From positions 20,504,845-20,549,715 of the forward strand of contig NC_068993.1 of assembly GCF_001194135.2 (NCBI RefSeq): DNA of 44,871 nt. Reading direction: 5' to 3'. Source of the DNA: Octopus bimaculoides (Eukaryota). The notes below the pieces were generated by a model. That model did no database searches. It saw only the letters and a list, made by a program, of their open reading frames with translations, and was not told where the DNA came from. Each line of letters begins with the position of its first letter. The stretch's first letter is position 1. The position numbers and the translations under genes are program-made. This document shows positions 11,895-25,060 of the stretch, one piece after another.

Positions 11895-13545
11895 CTGGCA
11901 GAAACGCTCGGTTTGGACAGTCTGCCTTATGAATTATATGAGTTCATGCCAGATTTGTTTGGTGGCCTCTTGGCAGACATCTACCGTAACTGGGAGCAGA
12001 ATGGGAGAATTTTTAGTGTGGTTAGTCGGGGTGTAGTAGTACTGCTGAGGAAGGACGCCAACAATGAGGACGTTCTAAGGAATAACTCTATTAGGGAATA
12101 ACTCTATAAAACAAAAACAGTTTAAGATTTTGTCCAAGGTGTTACCGATAAGGTTGGTATTTGTCGCAGGTAGCCTGGTCGGTGAAGCACAAACGTGTGC
12201 AATCGCAAATAGGTCTATCCACAACCGCCAACTTATGCGATACATTATAGAGAGGGCTGGGACCAAAGCTGGCTTCGTGGGTGCTCTGATCAATTTGGAT
12301 CAATTCAAAGAATTCGATAAGGTCGACCATCACTACTTGGAAGCTGTCCTGAAAGCAGCTGGTTTCGGGCCCATTTTCAGAGGCTGGATCGCTGCAATCC
12401 ACGGCTCGGTAGTCTAAGTGAATGACCACCTATCAGAACCGTTTCGAATCGCATGCTCGGTCCGTCAGGACTGTCCACTGTCACCTCTTCTGTACGTGCT
12501 GACTCTCAAGCCATTGCTGCGGAAGTTGGAGCAGTTGAGGGGCATTCCTTTCGAACTGGAATATTGGAGGTCAGTGTTGACGTACACAGATGACATCACT
12601 GTCATGGTGTTGTACGCCCCTCCGAAGTAGAGATGGTCGACTCCATTCTAAAAGAATATGAGTTGGTTGCATGGGCGAAAATCAACACCGACAAGTCGAT
12701 GAGCTTGCGATTAGGCATCTGGAGAAGCAATATCGTTGCAGTCGCACGGCGTCGTCGGACGCTGGACTGATGGACTAGTTAAGCTACCAGGGGTCTGGTT
12801 CGGTCACGACCTTCAGGTAAGTAAGAGGCATAAGTGGCGAATGCTTACAACGCCTCCGTCATCGTTTATCGCTTGGCCGTCATGCCTTGTCCCAGTTACT
12901 GCTTGATAGGTCGGAGCGTTTCTTATTTATCTTTTGGAAGAGACGCATTCCAATGGTGGTGAGTCTGCTCAAGCTTCGTTAGCAAAATATAGAGGATTAG
13001 TGGCAGGGAAATGCAATGATGTCCACAGCGAGACCTTGGGCGTTGACGAAAACGAACTGTTATGGAGGATTTTGAGGCCGAGGACTACTATGGATAATTT
13101 CCAGATGTCTTTGGCCTGGCAGTGCTATCAGGAGGTGCTACCGGTTCGAGATAAACTCTGCAGGCACAGATGTACTGTCAGGCGAATTTATGACTTGTGG
13201 AGTTATGTTGAACAGCTGCTGTCTCGAGTGGAACGGATCCGTCTGTCGGACGAGTCTATAGTGATGGTTGTTCCGTCACTCTCCGTTAGTTGGGCAGGTA
13301 AGGCAGTTTTCTTTTGCCTGGTGGCTGTGGTGAAAGAGGTTGTCAGGTGGGTGAGGTTGAAAAGCATGAGGACAGACACATTCCTCTTTGGTAAAGCTCT
13401 CATCGACTTTTTCAAGTTTCACTTGTAAAGGAGAGAGAGGGTAGAAAAGGAATTGCTGTCTTTGAATAGGTTTACTGAAAGGTGGGTGAAAGTTTCGAAA
13501 ATGACAAGAGTGGATGGCTCCGCTGTAAGTGTGGACTTGTGAGTC
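11895..13545 (+). mobile_element. L1/Tx1-clade LINE ORF2 remnant (RT to C-terminal region), frameshifted
   Basis: DSLPYELY, LVGEAQTCAI, DQFKEFDKVDH, SVRQDCPLSPLLYVL, YTDD, LAWQCYQEVLPVRDKL. Confidence 0.9.
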
Positions 13546-13974
13546 GGAGAAAACGAATTTTCTGATCAGACTTATGACGATAGAGCTTAATTTGAGGGAT
13601 ATTTTGGCTTCTATTTCTAGCAGGTCGAGTGACCGTGCAAGAAGCTACTCTGTTGTTAGTTAGTTTCTGTGTAAAGGTTTCCTGTGCATACAGTCGTTCT
13701 TCGCTTCTATAAGGATATATATTTTTAATATGTTGGCTCATATGACGTTTTTTAGAAACGTTATAGGAGTCAGGCAGTAAAAAAATATACGCTTGTAATA
13801 AGGTCAGGTGAAATATGTGCAAATAGAAAGTGAAACGACTTTGACAAATGCACAATATATATTTATCAGATCAAGTTTGTTTCAAGGTTGGAAACAAAAC
13901 GTTTGTTCTGTTCATCTTTCTCACACCAAACTCCTCATTCATACGATTTCAGGATGTGGTTCTGTCTAGTACAT

Positions 13975-14212
13975 ATGTGTGTGCGTGTTTGTGTGTGTAT
14001 GCGTGCATGTGTTCGTGTATGTGCGTGCATGTGCTTACGTGCGTGTGCGCACATGCGCGCTCGTTTGTACGTGTGTGCGCGTGCGCGCTTTCGCGTGTGT
14101 GTCTATGCGCGTATGCGCGTGCGCGTGCGGGCGTGTGTATCTGTACGTGTATATGTGTTTGTGTGTGTGTGTGTGTGTATGAGTTTGTGCGTCTGTGCGC
14201 GTGCGTGTGTTG
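13975..14212. repeat. (TG/CG)n-type low-complexity tract
   Basis: Read directly; source of several spurious ORFs. Confidence 0.95.
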
Positions 14213-14235
14213 GGTGGGCTGAGGTGGATATAGAA

Positions 14236-14491
14236 CATTGGTTCTCAACCATTTTTAACCTATAGACCCCTTTGATTCCTCTTTAATTTGAATGGACCCC
14301 TCTCCCATAGCCATAGGATGTTTAAAATATCCTATTATATTTTTATAATTAGCTATTATTAGGAATCGTATAAAAAACGTATTTTGTGTATTGTAGAAGT
14401 ACAACCAATTTACTGCCGATAAATTTTAGTAACAAAAAATATATGGAAACTCAAGGGCCATATATATTTATGGACCTCGGTTAAGTCACTG
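14236..14491. mobile_element. Degenerate hAT-like MITE
   Basis: Ends CATTGGTTCTCAACC and GGTTAAGTCACTG are imperfect inverted repeats; 8-bp flanks ATATAGAA and ATATGATA only partly match. Confidence 0.5.
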
Positions 14492-14889
14492 ATATGATAT
14501 GAAAGTAGCCAACTGTCAGGAACAGGGACGGATGTAGTATCGTTAGAAGAGGCAGTGATGAATCAGCACGTTTTGTGAGTTTGAGTCATTGTTAATTATT
14601 TGAATGGTCTTCATTTTAATTATGTTCCTGGATATTTCGTGAGCAACAGTAACGAGTAGGAACGCTTGTCCATTGTGAGTATCACATGAACTTTGTAAAC
14701 GAATAGATGTTGATGTTGAAGACTTCTGAAAAATCGTATACAGGCGTCTTGGGCACCTCACAGCAAACTTGTTTCCGTGAACAGAGACATCGTAAACATT
14801 CTCGACTGGGGGCTTAACAATCCTGTATCCATCACCCACTCTAGTCCTAGACAAAATTCAATTAGAACCCGCAAAGAAATCACAAATGC

Positions 14890-15060
14890 TTGGTGTCATA
14901 CTTGCTTTCGATATATTCTTGATTTCTCACATTAACAGCAAACGATTTGTATCGAATACCTTCGTGCACCACAGTTCTGATAGTTCCCTCCAACTGAAGT
15001 TCTTTGGCGATGGTCCTCATTGATTTTCCGGAAGCATCAATAATATGTAATATTTCGAAC
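14890..15060 (-). pseudogene. Tc1/mariner-superfamily transposase HTH fragment
   Basis: KSMRTIAKELQLEGTIRTVVHEGIRYKS resembles the SMR.IA.EL.V...TIR..V.ED+RYKS segment of mariner-like (maT/DD37D-type) transposases. Confidence 0.65.
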
Positions 15061-15504
15061 ATTACGCAATATTTCAGCATTACGTTATATTTCGGTATAT
15101 TTTGCTTTATGAATTCAATAAAGGCAACAATGCAACGGAAAGAGCGAAGAATATTAATGCAGTATATGGGGATCGGACAGTAAGCGTTAGCTAGTGTCAA
15201 CGGTGGTTCCAGAAATTCCGAGCCAGAAATCACTGCCTAGAGGACTAAATATTGCCAGTAAAGAATTCACTATGAAGTTTCTTTATCTATCAGAAATAAC
15301 AACCAAATCATACTCTGTATTCCTATTAAGATAGAAGGACACGTTCGATAATATGGCTTGTTTATAAAAAAAAGTAAGAAAGATGGTCATGGCCACAGAT
15401 AGAAAACCTTTCATTATAAGTCTACTCATTCTTCGACAACCTGAGGATAAACAAGAAAAACATCAGGCTTCTTGAAATGGTATTTAATGTTAGTGATATT
15501 GACG

Positions 15505-15712
15505 GTGGTGAGCAGGCAGAACCGTTAGCACACCGGACAAAATGCTTAGCGGTATTTTGTCCGTCTTTCTGTTCTGAGTTCAAGTTCTCCCGCGATCAAC
15601 TTTGTCTTTCATCCTTTCAGGGTTGATGAATTAAGTACCAGTTGAGCCTTGGGTCGATGTAATCGACGTACTTCTACTCCCGAAATTGCTGGTCTTTTGC
15701 CAAACTTTGAAA
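15505..15712 (+). mobile_element. SINE family A copy
   Basis: Family A head, core and tail present. Confidence 0.8.
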
Positions 15713-15715
15713 CCA

Positions 15716-16000
15716 CTGTTCTATATTTAAGAGATGAGGAATTATTTACATTATTTACATTTGACGGATATTTGTCCTCATCTTGTTTGTTGTTAACACA
15801 CGTTTCGGCTGATATACCCTCCAGCCTTCGTCAGGTGTCTTGGGGAAATTTTAAACCTGGGTTCTCATTCCTAACGATGTTACTATTATTATATTATTAT
15901 TATTATTACTATTATTAATCAGGTCGCTGCTGTGAATCGAACTCGGAATTTTGGGGTTAGTAGCCCGCGCTCTTAACCACTACGCCATATGCCCGTGGGC
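15716..16000 (-). mobile_element. Single arm of the tRNA-head/(AAT)n/hammerhead repeat
   Basis: Reverse complement aligns end to end with 28921-29213. Confidence 0.85.
15795..15839 (-). ncRNA. Degenerate minimal hammerhead ribozyme motif
   Basis: Minus strand GACAC-CTGACGA-A-GGCTG..CAGCC-GAAA-CGT-GTGTT. One U is missing at the cleavage triplet relative to the other copies. Confidence 0.5.
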
Positions 16001-16021
16001 AATTATGTTATTATTGATAGT

Positions 16022-16265
16022 GAAGGTTGCGAGCTGGTAGCATTATTACCGTCCCGGAGAAAATGGTTAGCGGCATTTTTTTCCGGCTTTGCGCTCTGAC
16101 TTCAGATTCCGCATAGGCCGACTTTGGTTTCATCTTTTTGGGATCGATAAAAGTAGTATCAGTTGCGCACTGGTGTCAATAAAATCAATACAAGTTGCGC
16201 GCTGGAGTCGATGTGGCCCCCGCCCCACAAATTGCAGGCCTTGTTCATATAGCAAAAAGGAATAT
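16022..16265 (+). mobile_element. SINE family A copy, degenerate
   Basis: GCGAGCTGGTAGC head and AAATTGCAGGCCTTGT tail. Confidence 0.65.
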
Positions 16266-17649
16266 TAACGATATTGTTAAATTAGTTGATTTTTGTTATC
16301 TATTCATTGATTTCCTGTAAATGTGACACTTAGGCAATTTTATCATCCACTGTTTGTAATATAACATTAATATCGAATAAAAGTGATGAGTAGGTATGAC
16401 TTCTCGAACCAGAAACATTATAGAATCCGCGTGGGCCTGCACTTATGCTGTCTCAATAGCACACGAATACACCTACACAAATGAGATATGGAGAACGAGA
16501 TTATTTGACGTCCCTGTTTGTTTCTCGGAAAATTAGTAATATATTTTAGTTGTGACGCTGAACTGAGATTTTATAGAAATGATAACAAAAAGAGTGTATT
16601 GAACTTACAGTGAATTAAGAATCTATTGAAGTGAATTAACAAAAATTGATAGCGTATTGAATTTACAGCTAATACAGAGTGAAGCCTAGAAGCATTCGCC
16701 ACCTCCGTCCGACTTTTCATGAAGAGACTTCGTCGTGGCTCATTCATTCTTTTCTTTGTTCTTACAAATGAATTAAGTGGTCCATCGATCCACCGACAAA
16801 CGCTAGCAGGCATGGACTTGCTTTTGTAAGTGCCGCGTTGAAAGTATACAGGCTTCAGGTTAAAACTTCTAACTCATATCACTACATATTTTTCTTATCA
16901 TATATATACTTTTTACAAGTGAGCGCTAATGGCGTGGATTTGTTTAAGGTGTATCACAACTTGCCAGGAAGTGATCCACTCACTTGATTTCATGATCTTC
17001 CTCTACAGCACATATAAAATGAGACATGCAAGCTCCAGTTTCGAAACAGCAAATGACTGCTGCTAACCCGGCTATGGTTTTGAGTGGTGCCTTCTGTAGC
17101 ATGTCCGCCATGCATCACTCTCTCCATCCGCTGGTTCAAGTGTTGAGATCTGTCGTAATCATCATCCGTTTGTTCTACCGCTGGGGTCTTTAAGGGTTGG
17201 TCGTGCTTATATATATACATATATATANNNNNNNNNNNNNNNNNNNNNNNNNNNNNNNNNNNNNNNNNNNNNNNNNNNNNNNNNNNNNNNNNNNNNNNNN
17301 NNNNNNNNNNNNNNNNNNNNNNNNNNNNNNNNNNNNNNNNNNNNNNNNNNNNNNNNNNNNNNNNNNNNNNNNNNNNNNNNNNNNNNNNNNNNNNNNNNNN
17401 TATAATTTTCCAGAGGATGTTGCAACCGTTACCAATATAGCATAAGAACTTACCTTAGGGGATCATTAATTAGATTCCTTAAGGGTCGTTCTCACAGTTT
17501 ATATTTATATTTCAAGGTTTTTAACTTTTAAATTTGTATATTTAAAAGAGATAGAAACTTCAAACTCGATATATCCAAGATCGATTTATTTACCACTCTA
17601 TGTCAACATTTCTGTGCCCAATCTTATCCAGTGACTTGTTATATATATA

Positions 17650-17772
17650 TATAACAAGTAAAGTTAATCGTCTCATCAATATTGCCGTTCAATGTTGCTA
17701 CTGTTTTAACCTCAGGCAAACCTTCCGCCAGTTGGTTATGGCTGCAGCCTGAACCCTGTATATATTGCAAGC
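17650..17772 (+). repeat. Half copy of the fold-back element at 18003-18228
   Basis: Aligns with 18006-18120 as a direct repeat. Confidence 0.75.
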
Positions 17773-18002
17773 TGGGAAGCGAACTCCTACCACCCTCCAT
17801 TAGACAATGGGATCTCGAAATCCGACTCGGTTTCGAGCTAATTTTGCTCATCCTCAGTCGCGAGCATTCGATGGCTAGCTAGACAAATGGTCGGAGTCCG
17901 CTCCAGCAGGCAATATATAGAAAACAAAGCGATCCTCTGATTTGCAATAAGAAAAGTAGCCAGTTGGAAAATCTCAATAAAAGATGAGAGAAGTGACTAT
18001 AC

Positions 18003-18228
18003 TAACAGGTAAAGTTAACCACCTCATCAATATTGCTCTTCAATGTTACTATAGTTTTAACCTTTGACAGATCTTTCGCTAGCTGGTTATAGACGCAGCC
18101 TGCACCCTGTATATATTGCTGGTGCAGGCTGCACTTATAACCAGATGGCGGAAAATCTGCCTAAGATTAAAAGAGTAGTAACATTAAACAGCCACATCGA
18201 TGTGGCGATTAACTTACTTGTTAGTATA
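18003..18228. mobile_element. Imperfect fold-back/MITE-like element (two ~105-bp inverted arms)
   Basis: The reverse complement of 18120-18228 aligns with 18003-18110; termini TATACTAACARGTAA. Confidence 0.65.
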
Positions 18229-18263
18229 ATTACTACTCTTACCTCTAATTGAGATTTTACAAC

Positions 18264-18264
<1 letters not shown>

Positions 18265-18298
<34 letters not shown>

Positions 18299-18748
18299 NN
18301 NNNNNNNNNNNNNNNNNNNNNNNNNNNNNNNNNNNNNNNNNNNNNNNNNNNNNNNNNNNNNNNNNNNNNNNNNNNNNNNNNNNNNNNNNNNNNNNNNNNN
18401 NNNNNNNNNNNNNNNNNNNNNNNNNNNNNNNNNNNNNNNNNNNNNNNNNNNNNNNNNNNNNNNNNNNNNNNNNNNNNNNNNNNNNNNNNNNNNNNNNNNN
18501 NNNNNNNNNNNNNNNNNNNNNNNNNNNNNNNNNNNNNNNNNNNNNNNNNNNNNNNNNNNNNNNNNNNNNNNNNNNNNNNNNNNNNNNNNNNNNNNNNNNN
18601 NNNNNNNNNNNNNNNNNNNNNNNNNNNNNNNNNNNNNNNNNNNNNNNNNNNNNNNNNNNNNNNNNNNNNNNNNNNNNNNNNNNNNNNNNNNNNNNNAGTA
18701 AGCTGCATCTTTTGTTCATCAGTACACGTATGGTCGAGACACATAAAA

Positions 18749-18811
<63 letters not shown>

Positions 18812-18863
18812 ATATATCTATATATAGATACATACCGTCTGGTTGCTTTATATATATATATAT

Positions 18864-18934
<71 letters not shown>

Positions 18935-18940
18935 CATACA
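18265..18940. repeat. (TA)n/(TG)n/(CA)n microsatellite cluster around a gap
   Basis: Read directly. Confidence 0.9.
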
Positions 18941-19449
18941 AAATTAAGAGGAATGACCACCAGAGTGGACTCCTATACTCTAAATATAGACGTCAAATTG
19001 CCTAACCACGTCAAATCGCCTCATCTATTCAACGGAATGCGTTGCTCTTAACCACCGACATATCAAAGCCCTGACGTGAGCCCTCCATCTTCCAGATCAG
19101 ACGATGGGATTGTATTCCTAATGTGCAGGCAGGCCCGGCGATGCACTGTCGCAGTTGGTGTGAAGGCCCTCATTACCTTTTCGCTGCTGCTCCGTGCAGG
19201 AGAGGTTTGCAGTATGAAGTGTAGCAGATTCCGAACGCTAGATTTTGTTTTATGCTAAAATGCATGAGGGAGGGCGAAGCCGTGGTGGCCATATGTTGCT
19301 ATAGAGGGATGTGCTGAAGATACATATATAGAACCCTGGAATCTCTCCCAGGCCAATGAGAGGAGAAGGCCCGGCGTCGCAATTAACGGCACCGAATGCT
19401 GAGGCTTAAATTTTCAGCCATAGAGGAGAAACAATGTGGAAAATATTTT

Positions 19450-19452
<3 letters not shown>

Positions 19453-19495
<43 letters not shown>
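19453..19495. repeat. (TG)n microsatellite
   Basis: Read directly. Confidence 0.95.
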
Positions 19496-19500
<5 letters not shown>

Positions 19501-21134
19501 CTGTGTAGTATTGTGATGCGAAATGCTGTTGAGACGGATATGGCCAGGGACTAAACTTGTAGTACTTTGATGGGGTTAATACGACTTAAAAACAACGTAT
19601 TTAAAAGAGAATTTATTTCGATACAAAATTTCGGTATTTGAATCACGTATTTTATTTCGCAGATGCTCGCGCGTGTACACATGCTCATGCGCACTCAGTG
19701 CACACCCACACAAACACATACACTCCAACCTGTCTTAAGGTTGTTTCCAACCAGATCAACTTTCATCTTGCACTCTGATTGTTGTAAAACAGAAAACTTT
19801 TCCTCAACATCAGCAACAAAGAAAGGAACAAAGAAATGTCCCAAGTGGTGATCTGAGGGAGAATTTGGCCCGAAAAAATATACCCTACAAATTCACAATT
19901 TGTAGGGAATAAATGTTTGACTGTCGATCGTATTTGAAAAAAGATTGACAGGTATTTGTATGTATGTGTTTATTTGTACGTATGTATGTATGAGTGCGCA
20001 TTGTCTGTATATATATATATAGTAGTAAATAAATGTGTTTTTGAAAAGATTTTCAAAAAAACTCACAGTTTGTAGGGAATAAATGTTTGTCGATCGTATT
20101 TGAAAAAGATGTGTCGCTATTTTCTTTGTTGTTATCTTGGTGAAGGACGGTGTTAGGAAATGGAAAGTGAACTTACAATTCCCGCCAATTAGAATGAGGT
20201 CATTGGTAACCATAGGTACATATATATGTAGATATATGTGTGTATTTACGTATGATTGGTAGTGTGTCTGTTTATTTGATTCTCACTCTTTCTTCTTCGT
20301 TTCTTTCTGTCGTTTTTCTTGGATTGTTCGTAAACGTTCATAAGAGAAAGTAGCAGTTGAAACGATTTGTAATAGGAGTATAAAGAGTAAATTAGATTGT
20401 ATTAGAGGGGAAAATGGTTATGTATGTAGTTTTATCGATTTGTTTCGTAATTAGGAGTTATTTTGACCGAAAAAATGACCCTATGACCTACGTTATGGTA
20501 TTTAGAATATTAATTCCTATTTTTTCATCCACTAAATTTGGAATTGTGTAAATGTATAAATTTTAAACGTGCATACACACAGAGAAAATCTTCCTATTAT
20601 AGATAAGATACATACATGTATACATGTAAAAATCGTGTAAATACGTGTAAAAATCCTACATTTAAAGGTAGATTTCAGTCCAAATCAGATAGTTTGGATC
20701 TGCACATTTTTTCGGGAAGCACTGGTATATGGTGATCGATAGGACTAATACGTAGGCAGAGAATGATAGAATGTCGATGTGTATCAAACTCTTGAAAGGC
20801 ATCTAATCAATGAATTCATTGATTATGAATAGTTTGCTTCGCTGAGTCATTATGTAGTTGAAATTTTCTGAACTCTTTGCGATGTATATAATGCATTATT
20901 GCGACCCATTAATTTTTTTTTTGTTATACACTTCGAATATCCTCTACTTATTTGAAGGAGGGATGTGAATGATATTTGTATTAAGTGATGCTTGAGCAAA
21001 TTTTTATGAGAGAGAACTAGCCATCTGTTTCTAATAATCATTTTGTCTCCGTTCAAATAAATCGACGGTAATGAGGCACCATTGGTGGAGAACAAACATA
21101 AATATGAGGTTCATTAGGTTAAATAGTTGAGTTC

Positions 21135-21525
21135 TTCTGAAATGTGTGGTAAGAAGTTTACTTCCCAACTACATGGGTCCGAGTTCTCTTCCACTGCACG
21201 ATACCTTGAACAAGTGTCCTCTACTATGGCCTCGGGCTGACCAAAACCTTGTGAATGGATTTGGTAGTCAAAAACTGCAAAAAGCCCATCATATATACAC
21301 ATATATTTTTGTGTCTGTGTCTTTGTGTCTGTGTTTGTCTTCTACCACCGATTGACAACCGGTGCTGGTGTATTTACATCCTTGTAACTTGGCAGTTCGG
21401 CAAAAGAGTATGGTAGAATAAGTGCCAGGCTTAAAAAGAAAATAAGTACTGGGGTCGACTAAAATTCCTCAAGACGGTACTCCAGCATGGCCGCAGTCGA
21501 ATGACTGAAGGAAATGAAAACTTAT
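21135..21525 (+). mobile_element. Near full-length SINE family B
   Basis: tRNA-like head, AAGTGTCCTCTACTATGGCCTCGGG centre, GT-rich spacer, CCAGCATGGCCGCAGTC tail. Confidence 0.85.
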
Positions 21526-22399
21526 TTCAGTAATTACTCTAAATATTCATTCATTTCATTAAAATAAACAAAGAAAGAACGAACGTTTTCATATGCAATC
21601 TGCGCTTTTCTAAAAATACTGAACCGAGAGTACATTTTTGTGAATATCTGAGAGCATGGATTTCTATCCTGATACTGTAAATGAGGATCTTGCATGTTAT
21701 TAAAGTTTATGCTCCTATTTCCAATACTGGAGACGGTGAATGAAACAAAGAACTCGGTTCGCTGGCCTTGTGGAAAATTAGCTTATAATAATAACTTAAC
21801 GAAGAGCAGCAAACTCAGTCCTTTTGCCGTCTTCTTTGGCATTTAGTTGGCAATTGCTTGTATTCCGGTGGTCGTCTATTGCCATCCAAGAAACGCTGCA
21901 CCTCATGGGCTAGGATGCCTAATCATTGTACAGAGCTGAATCTGCAAAGATTAATGAATACGTAGGATTAATGAGTCGAAAAGTGCACCTACATTTCTGA
22001 TGCGTAACTGCACAATTATAGTTCCGTATCCAGAGTAACACATAAGTTGTGGAGATTCTAGTGGCCTATTTTCAGCTTTCATTGACGCTCAGTGTTTCAG
22101 TACCAAGCCTTTGTTCCTTGCGTGTAAAGGTTAAAGGTCCTTCATCTTTAATGTGGGTAACATCAAATTATTTGGAGAAGCGCGGGCGCAAAACATGCAT
22201 ATTTATACAAAGAGAAAAAGAAAGAACAAAAGCGACCAGCACTGATAGAGCCTTTAAACAAGATTTGTTATTCGATAGATAGGAGTCTCTATGGTCTGAG
22301 AATATAACTGTTAAATCTTCCTCAAACCACATCTCAACTAGATATACGGACCAAAATTAAACCCAACAAAATGAACGAAATACAATTGCTTAATATTGC

Positions 22400-22595
22400 T
22401 TTCAAATTTTAGCACCAGGCCAGCAATTTCGGAGGAGGAGTTAAGTCGACTACATCAACCCAAGTGTGCAACTGGTATTTATTTTATAGACCCCGAAAGG
22501 ATGAAAGGCAAAGTCGACCCCAGCGGAATTTGAGCTCAGGACGAAAGGACGGACGAAATTCCACAAAGCATTTTGCTCAGTGTGCCGCCTTACAA
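22400..22595 (-). mobile_element. SINE family A copy
   Basis: CCCCGAAAGGATGAAAGGCAAAGTCGACC..GGAATTTGAGCTCAG. Confidence 0.8.
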
Positions 22596-23169
22596 TTGCT
22601 TAATGTCGTCTTTATCAAAGCGTCATCAAAGACAATAGAGAAAACATCGAACAAAATTTCTACAGAATTGAATTATATCTGTTTACGTTCTGATTTCAAA
22701 TCCTGCTCGTTCTGACTTCACTCTTCTGTCCTTCTAGATTCAATAAAATAAATACTACTCATTTTAGTGGAGGCAATAATGTCCTTCGAAGTTTGTGATC
22801 TTGTGCTTAGTTGAGAAATACTAAACTTGTTTTTTAAAGATGTTTCTTTTATTATTAATAACATTGAAAATCACTTTTGTTGGCAAACACTTAATGTTAA
22901 AAAAAACCTATACTTTTGTTATGCATTGGCAATTGCAGTTAATAATAGATATGCAGATTTGCAAAGCAATATTTCGTATCAGTCTTTTGATCAGAGATAG
23001 ACATGTCCAGCAAACTGTCACAAATCAGTTATCCTTGTTCAGCTAAAATTACGTAATAAATTGCTCTATGTATCCTGCTTAAACACCATAACAAATAAGC
23101 AGCAGCAGCAGCAGCAGACAGACACCTCATGATCCGATACACTTTCAGCCAATACACTTGCGTATTTTA

Positions 23170-23172
<3 letters not shown>

Positions 23173-23212
<40 letters not shown>

Positions 23213-23280
23213 ACACATATACATGCATACATACACACACGCATAGACACACAGACACACATGTACACACATACACAATC
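23173..23280. repeat. (CT)n then (CA/TA)n microsatellites
   Basis: Read directly. Confidence 0.9.
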
Positions 23281-24114
23281 ACAAGCAGGTCTAGACTTAC
23301 ATAGATGGTAAGTTCTATCACGTTCTGCGTCATGAGGCAACCTCTTCATTTTCATGCTACGTAAAGAAGCTATGGACACAAGATTCAATCATTCGTTTGT
23401 TTACACACGCGCGCGTACGCGCGCTCACTCACACACACATCGTCGTCAAAAGATGAGCGAACATAATTTGGCTTAAAAATGGCATATTATAATGGTTTTC
23501 CTTGTCCAGGCTTGCATTGAAAGCTTGCTAACTCGGAGACAATAGGTGTGTTCTAAGTTACAGGGGTGAAAGAATTGACGAACCTTCTCTACACCTTGCC
23601 GGGAGGCAGCAGAGAAGACATTCAATGGCAATCATGAATGGGAATAAAGAAAACCCTTTTCTATAATCAAAATATATTAGCACACAGTTCTTACGGCATT
23701 TTGTATTTACTTCGCACCACGATAGTTTATTACCTGTCAGAACAATCCAAATTCTTTAGTTTACCAGGCACTGCCTTGTTGGATTCGTAATGATTTTGGA
23801 GAAATTCGTTGATTACCAAGAGTAATTGCACAAAATATTTCAACAAACATGCCAATAATTTCTTCCTTAGAGATATCACTGAATCCATAAGGAATCTGCT
23901 TAATGGTAAGAGAGCAAAAATAGTGTTAGAAGTTAAATATACTTACAAGGTGTTGATGTTTTAAGATGTTGATATAAGAAAACGAAAATGTCGTCACACT
24001 TACATCTACAACTTGATCGCAAACAATGGCCTGGAATGTATCCAGGACCTCGAAGCAGTGATATGGTAGGTGGACTTTGTTGCTGCGTCCCGGGCTGGAA
24101 CCCAGCCATAATAA

Positions 24115-24290
24115 TAAGGCACAAAAGCCTGACATTTGAGGGGAGGGGGCTTGTTGGTTATATCGCCCCCAGTGCATAACTGGTACTTATTTCATTGACC
24201 CCCAAAAGGATGAAAGGCAAAGTCGACCTCAGCTGGATTTGAATTCAAAACGTAAGGGCGAACGAAATGCATGATTCTGCCTGCTCGCCT
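24115..24290 (-). mobile_element. SINE family A copy
   Basis: CCCCAGTGCATAACTGGTACTTATTTC..AAAGGATGAAAGGCAAAGTCGACCTC. Confidence 0.75.
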
Positions 24291-24479
24291 GGCAATTTCT
24301 GTGTTAAAGTACATTAGTTTGATATTTCAATTTCACCCATCGAGCAATTTCATGTACATTATACAAAATCGTTAATAGTCTTAAAATATCAACACTTTGT
24401 ACCTAGATTTAACTTCTAACTCTCCTCTTGCTCTCTTACCATTATCTAGATTCCTTATAGATTTAGAGACTGTTTCGGA

Positions 24480-25060
24480 ATTTTCTGTGTATGTTTTACT
24501 GATAGTATTGGTACAGTATTTCCTTCTGATTACATTCATTCACGATTCGCTATGATTGACACTTCTCTTTCCATTCTAAATCTTAGACCAAAATGACTTA
24601 AGCTCTTGAAGAGAGGATGCTTTCTCCTATTTTCTGGGATACAGTTTGTGGATTATGAGTAAGATTCCTTTTAATGATGTTTTATTGGGGCAGTCATTTT
24701 CGAAACGAAGTTTCTCCCTTAATTATCTTGAATTATATTTTGAAATAGTTCATCATATACTTGTGCACTTTTTCATTTGAAGCAACTGGTTTTGTAGTAC
24801 AAACATTCAAGTCGTCCGCAAAGAATGCATATATAATGTTGGAGTTTCTGATCTTTCGGTTGAGCCAAGCACAAAGCATTCAGATCCTCCACAACCACCA
24901 CACAATAATAAACGGATAAGGATATTTGTTTTCCATCGCGCCACCTGCGTTATAGTACACGCTCAACCACTGTGAAAAATAGTGAGATTGTTGCAAAATC
25001 CTTACGAACTTATCGAATGAATAATAGGCATGAATATATACTAATAACGATAAGGAAATT
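24480..25060 (-). pseudogene. Highly decayed non-LTR reverse transcriptase remnant
   Basis: Minus strand encodes IYAFFADDL (24808-24834) downstream of a PYPFIIV segment; many stops; clade not assignable. Confidence 0.4.

Noticed and set aside
13848-14265. CV/HT/poly-M/poly-I-rich ORFs (also 26533-26972, 36082-36614, 38383-38801)
   Set aside because: Translations of di- and trinucleotide microsatellites.
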